The translations under genes and the position numbers were made by a program. Source: Octopus bimaculoides (lineage: Eukaryota). Taken from it: a stretch of DNA of 64,000 bases. Numbering within the stretch: position 1 is the stretch's first letter; the number at the start of each line of letters is the position of its first letter. The stretch spans positions 116,163,606 to 116,227,605 of the forward strand of contig NC_068983.1 of NCBI RefSeq assembly GCF_001194135.2, in the 5' to 3' direction. This document shows, piece after piece, positions 63,297 to 64,000 of the stretch. The notes beneath the pieces were generated by a model. The model worked only from the letters and a program-made list of their open reading frames with translations. It made no database searches and was not told where the DNA came from.

Positions 63297-64000
63297 TCTT
63301 AATATATAAAACTAGGTATGTCTGTCTGTCTGTGTGAATCCCTAAAACTTGAGAACTACCCAACCGATTTCATTCAAATTTTACGCAAGCTTAACTTAGA
63401 GTCCATGCAGTGTCATGGGCCAAAAAAAACTTTCAACTTCTTGCCTAATGCAAGCCTGGAGCAATCTCTCCTCCCTTACACTATTTCAGTATTATGTGTC
63501 AAAAGTGAAACAATAACATCTCTCTATTGTAATGTGAGATACTTTCAGTTTAATAGTTTCACTATTAATATTGAAACTATAAAAGTGAAGCTATTATCTC
63601 ACATATATATCTCACATATATGTTTCGTCTTCCTTGTTGTTGCCTTAAGATAACCTTAGTTCATGCAATATTCCTTAACTGCCACATATTCATTTATTCA
63701 AGTTTATCACACAGTCACGTATTTCTCTAATTTTGTCATAGATTGGCTGACCGAAAGCTCTCGGATTTTTCAATTCTATTTTACTATTATTGACATTTGC
63801 TGTTTTGTTAAATTATGCTACACAAATCTCAAAAGAATATTTTTCTCCCTTGTGTTCTGACCACCCTAACTCTGGCACCCCCCTCTCTCTGCCTCACTCT
63901 GTCTGTCTCTCTCTCTCGGCCTCACTCTGTCTGTCTCTCTCTCGGCCTCACTCTGTCTGTCTGTCTTTCGATTACCACTTGCTTCGCCAAGACTTCCTTC
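63297..64000 (+). mobile_element. Non-autonomous Helitron 5' portion, running off the window
   Basis: A|TCTTAATATATAAA start, (TGTC)n and GAACTACCCAACCGATTTCATTCAAATTTT are typical of invertebrate Helitron-N 5' ends; a 26-28-bp tandem repeat lies at 63878-63965; CpG retained. Confidence 0.6.

Noticed and set aside
36867-64000. Remaining SH3 exon (LxFxKGD..GGWWEG..GWFPSNY)
   Set aside because: I scanned by eye after likely acceptors (e.g. 55030, 61577) and found no match; it is presumably beyond the window or in a gap.

Overview
AT-rich, repeat-dense eukaryotic DNA with several N gaps. Its SINE, RTE-tail and microsatellite content looks like a coleoid cephalopod, most likely Octopus; this is inferred, not searched. 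One protein-coding exon is confidently recognisable: 36327-36866 (+). It encodes a ~150-aa Ser/Thr-rich extension followed by the first half of an SH3 domain (KRVKAMHNFKGSNNDE) that matches the Pix/ARHGEF7 (RtGEF) family, and it ends at a phase-0 GTAAGT donor. I found no further Pix exon in the remaining ~27 kb. A CpG-rich promoter-like block at ~35.2-35.9 kb carries a strong minus-strand donor, suggesting a divergent transcript running leftwards, with candidate exons at 6.5, 2.6 and 1.5 kb. The rest is transposon debris: two tRNA-headed SINE families, RTE and CR1/Jockey-type LINE fragments, RTE-type 3' tails, an internally deleted mariner, pogo/Tigger remnants, hAT and TTAA-flanked MITEs, fold-back elements and a Helitron 5' end. 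The best leads are: (1) an 81-bp direct-repeat unit with hammerhead-ribozyme-like motifs broken by a gap (39.55-40.0 kb); (2) an RTE copy with twin-priming-type 5' inversion geometry (44.5-45.1 kb); (3) a paxillin LD4-like helix in the Pix N-terminal extension; (4) long intronic inverted repeats that could be ADAR substrates. No CRISPR, rRNA or true tRNA gene is supported.
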